Of a stretch of 64,000 bases of DNA, positions 48,835-59,881 are shown piece after piece. The first letter of the stretch is position 1. Every line of letters starts with the position of its first letter. The stretch lies in assembly GCA_977017645.1 (NCBI GenBank), contig OZ360225.1, positions 172,608,001-172,672,000 of the forward strand, given 5' to 3'. The DNA comes from Torpedo marmorata (taxonomy: Eukaryota). The notes under the pieces are model-generated. The model saw nothing but the letters and a program-made list of their open reading frames with translations, was not told where the DNA came from and did no database searches. The position numbers and the translations under genes were made by a program.

Positions 48835-50787
48835 ACCTAAAACGTCATTGATACAGAATAATCTTATACCTTTAACAAAAGATAATCAATTTTTAAACAT
48901 ATGGTCACAGAAAGGAATAAAGAAGATAGAAGATTGTTGTGAAGGGAACCAATTGATGTCGTTTACACAATTACGAAACAAATATGGAATACCCAATAAT
49001 ACTCTTTTTTGTTATTTTCAATTAAGATAGAAATTTGTTGAAAACAGAATTATATAGACCAATTTCATTGCTAAATGTGGATTATAAGATAATGGCGAAA
49101 ATTTTAGCAAATAGAGTTGCTAAATATTTACCAGATTTAATCCATGTAGATCAAGCAGGTTTTATTAAGAATAGATATTCAAAAGATAATATAGCCAGAT
49201 TAATTAGTTTAACAAATGTGGCACAAAAGAAAAAGGAATTAGCATTAGTATTAACATTAGATGCCGAAAAGGCTTTTGATAGATTAGAGTGGAATTATTT
49301 ATTTATTTAAAGTACTGGAAAAATTTGGCTTTGGAACTACATTTATTAATTGGATTAAAACTATATATAAAGAACCTTCTGCCAGAGTGGTGACAAATGG
49401 ACAAATTTCTTCAAAATTTTTGTTGACTAGGTTGACTAGGATGTCCTCAGAACCTTTAGCAGAATTAATTAGACAGGATATTTAGATTGTTGGTATTAAA
49501 GTTGGTAATGATTGTTTTGAAGCTAGTAAATTTATTACTTTTCAAAGAATGAAAGAAAAGTTTAATGTATTAAATAATACACTTTTTGCTTATTATCAAA
49601 TCAGAGCATTTTTAGTTGAAAGGTTGGGCTATAATAGTTTGACTTTACCAAGACAAAATGAACTGGAATTATTAGTTACTAATGGAGGTGTAAATAAATT
49701 TATTTCTCAAATGTATAGATTGTTAGAGGAAAATGCCTAAATTAGGAATTCATAAATCAAGGTTAAAATGGGAATCAGATCTGAATATAACAATAGACGA
49801 AGAACATTGGAAAGAATTATGTAAATAAAGAATGACGAAGATTATTAACGTTAGATATAGATTAGTGCAATATAATATTTTTCATCAATTATATTTAACA
49901 CCTAAAAAATTTAAGAAATTTAATCCGACATTATCTGGTTTATGTTTTAGATGTAATAGAGAGGAAGGTTCTTTTGTACATTCTACATGGCTTTGTCCAA
50001 AGATATATGATTTTTGGTTGAAATTTAAACAGTTTTTGAACAAAGTATTAAGAATTACACTCCCAATGGATCCTATGATATTTTTGTTTGCCGATATTAA
50101 AAGAATTAGTATTAAGATTAAATTAAATATGTATCAAATAGAATTTTTGCAAATTGCTTTAGCTGTTTCTAAGAAATGCATTGCTATTATATGGAAATCT
50201 GATGTAGATTTAGGGTTAGAAAGATGGCATGCAGAACTTCGTTCAGCTATACCACTTGAAAAAATTACATAATTTACGTAATAAATATCATTTTCTTTTT
50301 GAAAATATGGAGCCCATATATAAAAACTGTTGGTTTCAGGATTTGAAGATCTCTGGATATCAGATCCGACTGGCGAACCTTTGTTCCACAATAAAATTAG
50401 TTTATAGTTGTTCTTTTTTTAGATTGACATTCTCCTTACTTTATCTTTTTCTTTCCTTCTTTCTTTTCTATTTTAGTAGATTAGTAGGGGTGGGAGGGTT
50501 AGGGAGGGGAAGGAAGGGAGGGGGGTGAAAATGTATCACATGTATTTTGATAATTTTGCATTTTATACTATGATTTAAAATATTTTTTTAAAAAGCTTGA
50601 GTTAAGTGTGGGTCGTGTCGGGTCATGTTTGGTGAGCACATGAAATCCATGAAAAAAGTTCTGTTTTCGGAGGTTTCCGGTTTTCGGAATTCCAGATAAA
50701 AGGTTAGGCACCTGTATTGTAATTGGTGTATCTTACATTTTTGTTTGGCTGCAGCAAGTAAAAATTTTGGTACATCTGAACATTGTA

Positions 50788-50991
50788 TAGTAAAACCCTG
50801 TTATCCGGAATTCAAGCAACTGGCGGCCTAAAGCAACCAGAAAAAAATAGTGGAAAATAAATAGGTAAAAAATACGGAAGTTTAACATTGGTGCGCCTCG
50901 CCATTAGTTCGCCAATCACGCAGCACACAGTGTCAACCAACTGGAAAGTTCACTTATTCGGCATCTACCAATCCCCATAGGAGTTTTACTG
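50788..50991. mobile_element. Second Tigger-like MITE (204 bp)
   Basis: TA|tagtaaaaccc ... gagttttactg|TA imperfect TIRs. Confidence 0.75.
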
Positions 50992-51190
50992 TACTTGTCT
51001 ATATGATGATAAACTCATGTTAAATATTGAAGCTCAATGATGCAAGATGATCTGTGTGTCCCCACAAAAGTAAAATGAAATGACTGACTTAAACATTTAA
51101 ATAATGGAGATTGATGCTGGAATATCTGAATAAAATTCTGATGTAAACATAAGCCCCAGAGGTATTATGTTACTTTTATGCTTTTGCCAG

Positions 51191-51247
51191 AAAGTAATGC
51201 AGATTCTCATATGAATGAGTCACAGAGTGATATTGTGCGAGGAGATG
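51191..51247 (+). CDS. Candidate 57-bp frame-preserving host exon (xSNADSHMNESQSDIVRGD)
   Basis: ttacttttatgcttttgccag| 57 nt |gtgaga; open in phase 1-1; lies in a ~600-bp island with no recognisable repeat. Gene not recognised. Confidence 0.45.
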
Positions 51248-51592
51248 GTGAGAACTAGAACTGTCTGTCTGTCTGTCATCATGTTCTGTTTTCTTGCATT
51301 TAGACATTATGACAGTGTGATGTTACAGATTTTCTCGCTGTTTTAAATTGGACATGTGACAGAATAATGTTCATGTATTGATGCATGGTAGCATATTCTG
51401 ATTATTTACTGCAAAGTTCCAAACAGAATTGAATATTGTGTGGAATCTTGCTGTACATTCTACACTATTGTACTTTTAAACCCCTGATATGACAGTGCAA
51501 TTTTATAGCTTTTGACTGTCAGTGAAATTCTAATAATGCCTCGGGCCATTTTGTGTAAGTTAAAATATGTTACTATTGAATGAGAGCTTCAA

Positions 51593-52430
51593 AAGACCTT
51601 AAGACCATAAGATATAGGAGCAGATGTAGGCCATTCAGTCCATCGAGTCTGCTCACCATTCCTGCATGAGCTGATCCATTCTCCCACTCAGCCGCACTCC
51701 ATTGCCTTCTCCTGCCTTAACCTTTGATACCCTGACTATTCAGATACCTATCAATCTCCACCTTAAATACACTCAATGACCTGGCCTCCACAGCTGCCCG
51801 TGGCAGAAAATTTCAGAGGTTCACCACTCTCTGGCTAAAGAAATTCGTCCGCATCTCTGTTTTAAATGGGCGCCCTTCAATCCTGTTGTGCCCTTTTGTC
51901 CTAGGCTCCCCTACCATGGGAAACAACTTTGCCACATCTACTCTGTCCAGGCATTTCAACATTCAAAATGCTTCTATGAGGTCGCTCTCATTCTTCTGAA
52001 GTCCAAGGAGTACAGTCCAAGAGCCATCAAATGTTCCTCATATGCTAATCGCTTAATTCCAAGAATAATTCTTGTGCATCTTCTCTGAACCCTCTCCAAT
52101 GCCAGCACATCCTTTCTTAAATAAGGAGCCCAAAACTGCTCACAATACTCCAAGTGAGGCCTCACCAGTATGTTATAAAGCCTCAACATCACATCCCTGC
52201 TCTTATATCCTATTCCTCTATATATTAATGCCAACATTGCATTCACCTTCTTCACTGCTGCTCTGATTTCCTCCCTGCCAGTGTGCCTTTCCAAACAACT
52301 TTTGCCAGTTCCTCTCTCATACCTCTGTAGTCCCCTTTATTCCATTGATATACTGATACCTCAGATTTTAGTTTCTCTTTCTCAAACTGCAGGGCGAATT
52401 CTATCATATTATGATCACTGCCTTTTAAGG
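51593..52430 (-). mobile_element. CR1 3' fragment with internal deletion (continues 54445-54552 and 59989-60320)
   Basis: RPHLEYCEQFWAP, GSDHNMIEF; (TATGGTCT)n-type tail. Confidence 0.88.
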
Positions 52431-54442
52431 TCAAGTCAAGTCAAGTTTATTGTCATCTGATGGCACAAGTACAACCTAACGAAACAGTGTTCTCTGGTCC
52501 TCGGTGCAAAACATGCAGACACACAATCAGTCATAACACACATAAAGACAAATAATAAATATGCAGGACAAGTATTCATATATACAAATAAATAATAAAT
52601 ATTGGTTTCATGAATATGAGAGTCTCGCATGGTTAGTGTGATCAGTTCCTTTGGTCATTCAGCATTCTCACTGCCCGTGGGAAGAAGCTGTTCCTCAGCC
52701 TGGTGGTGCTGGCTCTGATACTCCTGTATCTCTTTCCCGATGGGAGCAGCTGAAAGATGCTGTGTGCAGGGTGGAAGGGGTCTTCAATGATTTTGGGTGC
52801 TCTCTTCAGACCACAATCCCGGTAGAACACGTCGATGGGGGGGAGAAGATCCAGTGATCCTCTCTGCCACACTTATGGTCCTGTGGATTGACCTCCGATC
52901 TATTTCTCTGCAGCAACTGTACCACACTGTGATGCAGGTGGCCAGACCACTCTCAATAGAGCACCTGTAGAAGTTTGACATAATGGTGGCCAGTAGCCTT
53001 GCCCACTTCAGTCTTCTCAGGAAGTGCAGTCGGTGTTGCGCCTTCCTGACAAGTGAGGAGATGTTGAGTGTCCACGATAGGTCACAAGTTAAGTGAACTC
53101 CAAGGAACTTGGTGCTCTTCACTCTCTCCATGACAGAGTTGTTAATGTGTCATGGAGGGTGGTCGTTACTAGTCCTCCTGAATTCCACGATCATATCCTT
53201 AGTCTTGTCCACATTGAGATTCAGGTTGTTACTCTCACAACATATCATGAGATTTTCAACCTTGTCTCTGTAGAGCGACTCATCGTTGTTGCTGATAAGG
53301 CCAACTACTGTTGTGTCATTTGCAAACTTGTTGACACTGTTGGAGCTGGATCTGGCGATGCAGTCGTGGGTCAGTAGCATGAACAAGAGCGGGCTGAGCA
53401 CACAGCCCTGAGATGTGCCAGTGCTCAGTGTGACGGTGCTCGACGTTCTGCTGCCAACCCGGACAGATTGTGGTCTTTCCGTTAGTCCAGAGAGGGGTGT
53501 TGAGTCCCAGTGAGGATAGCTTCTCCACCAGCCTCTGGGGAATGATTGTATTAAACGCCAAGCTGAAGTCAAGGAACAGCAGCCTGGTGTATGAGGTTTC
53601 GTTTTCCAGGTGGGTCAGGACGGAGTGAAGGGACAAGGCTATGGCATCGTCTGCGAAACGGTTTCTTCTATAGGTGATTTGAAATGGGTCCAGTGTCTCT
53701 CTGGGAGCTGTGCTTTGATGTGTTCCATCACCAGATGCTCTAAGCATTTCATAATAGTGGAGGTCAGTGCCACAGCGTGGTAGTCATTGAGGCCTATTAT
53801 TGTCACCCTCTTGAGTACCGAGATGATGGTGGCTGTCTTGAACCCTGCGGGAACGAAGGACTGCTGCAGTGAGATGTTGAAGATGGCCATGAACACCTCT
53901 GTCAATTGGTCTGCGCATTCCTTCAGTGCCCGACCAGGTACTGTATGTTGTCTGGTCCTGCCGCCTTGTGTGGGTTCACCTTGGATAGGGTTCTCCTCAC
54001 CTCAGCCTTGGCTATGCAGGGGGCCCGTTCATCAGGGGGACACGGAGCTTTATTTGACAACATCCTGTTCTTCTCATCAAATCATGCATAGAAGATGTTC
54101 AATCTGTCCGGAAGGGAGGCGTCATTGTCCTTAACTCACAAGGTTTACTTGTGATCCATTATAATCGTGATCCCTTGCCACATGCACCTCATGTCGCCGA
54201 TGTCACACAGCTGTCTGTGGATCTTCTACGCGTACCCCCACTTTGCTTTCCGGATTGCACCGGAGAGTTCATCCCTGGCTGATCTTAGTACCATCCTACA
54301 CCCTGTCCTGAAGGCAGCATCACGAGCTCAGAGGAGGGCCCGGACCTCTGCAGCCAACCATGGTTTCTGGTTAGCCCCGGATGTAAAGTATTTGATCTCG
54401 GTGACATCCTCAATGCACTTTCTGATGTAGCCAGTCACTGAG
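52430..54442 (-). mobile_element. Rex1/Babar-like LINE, 5'-truncated, decayed
   Basis: [48 protein letters not shown]; tail tgacaataaa(CTTGA)n. Confidence 0.92.
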
Positions 54443-54638
54443 ATAAGGGTTCCCTTACCTTCAGCTCCCTTATCAACTTTGCTTCATGACACAATACCCA
54501 ATCCAGAATTGCCATTTCCTTGTTTGACTCAGCCACAAACTCCTCTAAGAAGCCACTTCCTCACACCCTGTCCCCTGCAAGGATTCCATCCCCTTCTCTC
54601 AATTTCTCCGCCCCTGCCGCATCTGTTCCCAAGATGAG

Positions 54639-55394
54639 GTGTTCCACTCCAGATCTTCTGAAATGTCTGCTTTTTTCCACAAACGTGGCTTCCCCTCCAC
54701 CACCATCAACTCAGCCCTCACCCGCATCTCCTCCATTTCCCGCTCATCTGCCCTGGCCCACTCTGCCCCCAGACGCAACAAACATAGAATCCCCCTCATC
54801 CTCACCTACCACCCCACCAGCCTCCGCATCCAACACATTATCCGTCGGAATTTCCGGCACTTACTACAGGATCCCACCACCAGACACATTTTTCCTTCTC
54901 CTCCCCTCTCGGCCTTCCGTAGGGACCGCACCCTCCGCGATTCACTCGTGCACTCATCCCTCCCCACCCATCGCACCCCCGGCACCTTTCCTTGTGCCCG
55001 CAGGAGGTGCAACACCTGCGCCCACACCTCCCCCCTCACCACCGTCCAGGGCCCCAAACAGGCCTTCCAAGTGAAACTACACTTCACTTGTACATCCAGA
55101 GAACTTATTTACTTCATCCGGTGCTCCCTTTGTGGCTTTCTCTACATCGGAGAGACCGGTCGTAGATTGGGAGTCCGCTTTGCTGAGCACCTCCTCTCTG
55201 TCCGCAACAACAGCGACCTCCCAGTAGCCAACCATTTCAATTCCGGGTCACACTCCCACACTCACATGTCTGTCCATGGCCTTATGTACTATCCCACCCA
55301 GATTACCCGCAAATTGGAGGAACAACATCTCATTTTCCGTCTCGGCACTCTCCAGCCAGATGGTATTAACATTGACTTTTCTGCTTTCCACTAA
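54639..55394 (+). CDS. Open RT-thumb/Cys-linker/GIY-YIG endonuclease frame inside the pseudo-LTR (251 aa)
   Basis: Uninterrupted ORF in the upstream repeat; the downstream copy is frameshifted near 59355. Expression unknown. Confidence 0.55.
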   Translation: MFHSRSSEMSAFFHKRGFPSTTINSALTRISSISRSSALAHSAPRRNKHRIPLILTYHPTSLRIQHIIRRNFRHLLQDPTTRHIFPSPPLSAFRRDRTLRDSLVHSSLPTHRTPGTFPCARRRCNTCAHTSPLTTVQGPKQAFQVKLHFTCTSRELIYFIRCSLCGFLYIGETGRRLGVRFAEHLLSVRNNSDLPVANHFNSGSHSHTHMSVHGLMYYPTQITRKLEEQHLIFRLGTLQPDGINIDFSAFH

Positions 55395-55765
55395 ACCTGC
55401 TTGTCCTTCCCTTCCCCTCCCCCCTCACCTGTCCTTCCTGTTTTTCTCCACCTACCCAGCCATCCTTCCTCCCCCTCTTTGCTGCTGTCCCCTCCCTCCT
55501 TTCTCCACCTATCATCTCCTGCCTTTGCCACCCCCCTTCCCCCCTCACTCTTTTGTTCGGACGCCTGCCGGCATTTTCTCATACTTTAATGAAGGGCTCA
55601 AGCCCGAAACGTCGGTTATGTATTTCTACCTTTGCTACATAAAAGACACTGTTTGACCTGTTGAGTTTCTCCAGCATTTGTGTTTTTTACTTCAACCACG
55701 GTGTCTACAGATTTTCGTGTTTTACTTCTGAATACTACAACAACTCTGTGAAAACTCTTTGAGAG

Positions 55766-58700
55766 ATGCCTACCCTGAAGAAGTTCGCCTTTGCTCTCCG
55801 AAGGGAGTTCTGTGGGATTCTCTTTCACTGCTCCCCATCTGCAACCCCTGCTGCTCTCAAGCTCTACGACCATGTACTCACCCAGACTCGATTCCACAGC
55901 CACGTTGCCTTCCTTGCTACTTGCCTCCATCGCCATCTGGTGCCTCGTGGTTTCTAGCTTCGATTCCAGGCCTCGCAGTTTGGCCCCCGCAAGGACCTCA
56001 GGTACCTCCACAGCATCGACTGCTGCTCTCTCTGCTTCTCCCAACGACTCCTCCGCACCATCCTCACCTCGATGCAGAGATACCAGCAGCAACTCGCCCT
56101 CTCCCTGCCACAGCTCTGGACCTCGCTGGCCATGGCCTACAGCGGACCCCTCCTATACTACATCCGCCGCCGGATCCACGCGTTCAACCACCGGCTCTAC
56201 ACCTACCTGGCGTCCATCAAGAACCGTAAGCTTGCCTCCCTCGAGACTGCATCCTCTGCGAACCTGACCGTGGATCCCCATCTCGGCCCCGGCCGCCGAC
56301 TTACCGGAGCTCCTAACACCGCAGCCGCCGAACCGACCCTGGACCCTGGCCGCCGACTTACCGGAGCTCCCAACGCCGCAGCCGACGACTTGATCCCTGG
56401 TCCCGGACGCCGACTTACCGGAGCTCCCAACGCCGCAGCCGCCGACCCGACCCTGGACCCCGGCCGCCGACTTACCAGAGCTCCCAACGCCGTAGCCGCC
56501 GACTTGATCCCTGGTCCTGGCCGCCGACTCACCGGAGCTCCCAACACGACGGCCGCCGACCCGACCCTGGACCCCGGCCGCCGACTTACTGGAGCTCCCA
56601 AAGCCGCAGCCGCCGACTTGATCCCTGGTCCCGGCCGCCGACTTACCGGAGCTCCCAACGCCGCATCCGCCAACCCGACACTGGACTCCGGCCGCCGACT
56701 TACCGGAGCTCCCAACGCCGCAGCCGCCGACCTGACCCTGGACCCCGGCCGCCGACTTACCGGAGCTCCCAACGCCGCAGCCGCCGACCTGACCCTGGAC
56801 CCCGGCCGCCGACTTACCAGAGCTCCCAACGCCGTAGCCGCCGACTTGATCCCTGGTCCCGGCCGCCGACTCACCAGAGCTCCCAACGCGACGGCCGCCG
56901 ACCCGACCCTGTACCCCGGCCACCGACTCACCGGAGCTCCCAACGCCGCAGCCGCCTGTTCCTACCCGTGCCCCGGGCGCCGACACGACGGTACTCCCGA
57001 CGCTACGGCCGCCAACCCCAGCCCGGACCCCGAGACTCTACTCACCAGAATTTCCGATGCCTCCACCGCCGACTCCCGACACAGACTGTTACCTGCTGGA
57101 GCCTCCCACGCTGACTGCCACTGGAGTCCTCATCTCGCAACAAGATCCCACTTACCTATCCCCCTCACTACTCCTTCCCTCTCCTCCTGCACCTCTCCCT
57201 ACTCCACCCCCACCTCCCCCTCTCTGCCCCACTCTCCTCCCCAACCCTCAGACCTCATCCCTTCCCTTCCCTCCATCCCCCCCCCTCTCTCTGGCTACCC
57301 TCCCTACCCCCCTCTCCCACCCTACTACCTCCCCTACCCCCCACCTCCCCCCTCCGAACCCCCCTACCCCTCCCTCCAACCTCCCCCACCCTCCACCTCT
57401 CCCCTCTGACCTCCCCAACCCTCCCCCTCCCCCCAACACCCTCCACAACACCGATCCCCACTCTAACCCCTGCTTGGTTTTTACTATCCCCTCCGACCTT
57501 CCCCTCTCTGAGATGGATCGCTCCGTCCTCAGTAGAGGCCTCACCTTCGTCCCCCTCCGCCAACACCTCAACGAGTTCCGCGCACGCCATGATGCCGAAC
57601 TTTTCTTCCGTCGCCTCCGCCTCCGTGCTCACTTCCATGACCGTGACTCTCCACCCCCCACCCAAGACCCTTTCTCCCGCTTCAAGCCTTCTTCCTCTTC
57701 CTGGACACCTCACCCTGGCCAGCTGCCCGCTCTGGACCTTTTTATTTCCAACTGCCGCCGAGACATCAACTGTCTCAACTTCACCACCCCCCTCTCGTAT
57801 TCCAACCTCACCTCCTCAGAACGCTCTGCCCTCCACTCTCTCCGCAACAATCCCAACCTCACCATCAAACCCGCAGACAAGGGCGGTGCGGTTGTGGTCT
57901 GGCGCACTGACCTCTACCTTGCCGAGGCCAGTCGACAACTCTCAGACACCTCCTCCTACCGACCCCTCCCACAAGACCCCACCACAGCACATCAAGCCAC
58001 TGTCTCCAACACCATCTCCGACCTCATCACCTACGGTCACCTCCCCTCCACGGCCACCAACCTCATTCTCCTCCACCCCCGCACTGCCCGTTTCTACCTT
58101 CTACCCAAGATACACAAACCCAACCATCCGGGCAGACACATTGTTTCTGCCTGCTCCTGCCCCACCGAACTAGGTTTCATCTTACCTTGACTCCATCTTT
58201 TCTCCCCTGGTCCAATCCCTCCCCACCTACATCCGCGACACCTCACATGCCTTCCATCTCCTCAATGACTTCAGATTCCCTGAACCGGACCGCATCATCT
58301 TCACCATGGATGTTCAATCCCTTTATACCTCTATCCCCCACACAGAAGGTCTGAAAGCACTTCGCTTCTTCCTGGACCAAAGACCCGACCAGTCACCCTC
58401 TACCACCACCCTCCTCCGCCTGGCAGAACTTGTCCTCACTCTCAATAACTTCCCTTTCAACTCATCCCACTTCCTCCAAATCAAAGGAGTAGCCATGGGT
58501 ACCCGCATGGGTCCCAGCTTACGCCTGCCTGTTTGTGGGCTTTGTGGAGCAATCCATGCTGCAAGCCTACTCAGGCAAGACCCCTCATCTCTTCCTCCGT
58601 TATATCGACGACTACATCGGGGCTGCCTAATGCACCCGCGATGAGCTTGTCAACTCCATCCACTTCGCATCCAACTTCCACCACGATCTCAAACTCACCT

Positions 58701-59655
58701 GGTCCATCTCCAATAACACTCTCCCCTTCCTGGATCTCTCTGTCTCCATCTCGGGAGACAAGCTTTCCAGCGACATTTACTACAAACCCTCCAACTCCCA
58801 CAACTATCTGGACTACACATCCTCACACCCTGTCCCCTGCAAGGACTCCATCCCCTTCTCTCAATTTCTCCGCCTCCGCTGTATCTGTTCCCAAGATGAG
58901 GTGTTCCAGTCCAGATCTTCTGAAATGTCTGCCTTTTTCCACAAACGTGGCTTCCCCTCCACCACCATCAACTCAGCCCTCACCCGCATCTCCTCCATTT
59001 CCCGCTCATTTGCCCTGGCCCCCTCTGCCCCCAGACGCAACAAACATAGAATACCCCTCATCCTTACCTACCACCCCACCAGCCTCCGCATCCAACACAT
59101 TATCCGCCGGAATTTCCGGCACTTACTACAGGATCCCACCACCAGACACATTTTTCCTTCTCCTTCCCTCTCGGCTTTCCGTAGGGACCGCTCCCTCCGC
59201 GATTCACTCGTGCACTCATCCCTCCCCACCCATCGCACCCCCGGCACCTTCCCCTGTGCCCGCAGGAGGTGCAACACCTGCGCCCACACCTCCCCCCTCA
59301 CCACAGTCCAGGGCCCCAAACAGGCCTTCCAAGTGAAACTACACTTCACTTGTACTCCAGAGAACTTATTTACTGCATCCGGTGCTCCCTTTGTGGCTTT
59401 CTCTACATGGGAGAGATCGGTCGTAGATTGGGAGACCGCTTTGCTGAGCACCTCCTCTCCGTCCTCAACAACAGCGACCTCTTAGTAGCCAACCATTTCA
59501 ATTCCGGGTCACACTCCCACACTCACATGTCTGTCCATGGCCTTATGTACTATCCCACCCAGACTACCTGCAAATTGGAGGAACAACATCTCATTTTCCA
59601 TCTCGGCACTCTCCAGCCAGATGGCATTAACATTGACTTTTCTGCTTTCCACTAA
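55766..59655 (+). pseudogene. Penelope ORF (N-terminal domain, 19-aa repeats, Pro-rich linker, RT, GIY-YIG) with stops and frameshifts
   Basis: MPTLKK...FLATCLHRHLVPRGF* N-terminus. Pieces 56072-57409, 57057-58190, 58306-, 58901- and 59269-59655. Confidence 0.9.
56288..57028 (+). repeat. 57-bp coding minisatellite x13 (PGRRLTGAPNAAAAD-PTLD/LIPG)
   Basis: Counted from the translation of ORF 56072-57409; the last unit is degenerate. Confidence 0.95.
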
Positions 59656-59840
59656 ACCTGCTTGTCATTCCTTTCCCCTCCCCCCTCACCTGTCCTTCCT
59701 GGTTTTCTCCAGCTACCTAGCCATCCCTCCTCCCCCTCTTTGCTGCTGTCCCCTCCCTCCTTTCTCCACCTATCATCTCCTGCCTTTGCCACCCCCCTTC
59801 CCCCCTCACTCTTTTGTTCGGACGCCTACCGGCATTTTCT

Positions 59841-59881
59841 CATACTTTGATGAAGGGCTCAAGCCCGAAACGTCGGTTATG
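59841..59881 (+). ncRNA. Minimal type-I hammerhead ribozyme-like motif in the Penelope terminus
   Basis: catact-TTGATGA-a-gggc(tcaa)gccc-GAAA-c-GTC-ggttatg. Core has U in place of C3; palindromic ACGT at stem III. Confidence 0.7.

Larger units (their letters stand above)
41609..49025 (-). mobile_element. L1-B: 5'-inverted (twin-primed) L1. 3' arm 41609-42720 minus; inverted arm 42721-49025 plus and further interrupted
   Basis: Poly(T) at 41609 and TSD aagataga(g/a)att (41599-41610, 49024-49035). The plus arm runs DAEKPFD...AIR|SDLAIKG..FADD...YFQLR. The minus arm begins KLGPDML and ends with the Cys-rich C-terminus. Confidence 0.88.
38181..50592 (+). mobile_element. L1-A: full-length L1 (5' UTR, ORF1, ORF2, G-rich 3' UTR), interrupted at about 41609-49025
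   Basis: 16-bp TSD aagc(g/t)tgagttaagtg (38165-38180, 50593-50608). ORF2 stops at PKKDRD and resumes at LLKTELYRPISLL (49035). Confidence 0.93.
37567..50714. mobile_element. Non-autonomous Tc1/mariner (Tigger/pogo-like) DNA transposon, about 0.7 kb of own sequence, expanded by nested LINEs
   Basis: 20-bp perfect TIRs CAGGTGCCTAACCTTTTATC (37567-37586; 50695-50714) flanked by TA on both sides. Internal CCGGGAGGCCGAC repeats at 37645-38120. Confidence 0.9.

Noticed and set aside
56153-56986. Antisense Gly-rich protein genes
   Set aside because: By-product of a stop-free 57-bp repeat; no independent support.
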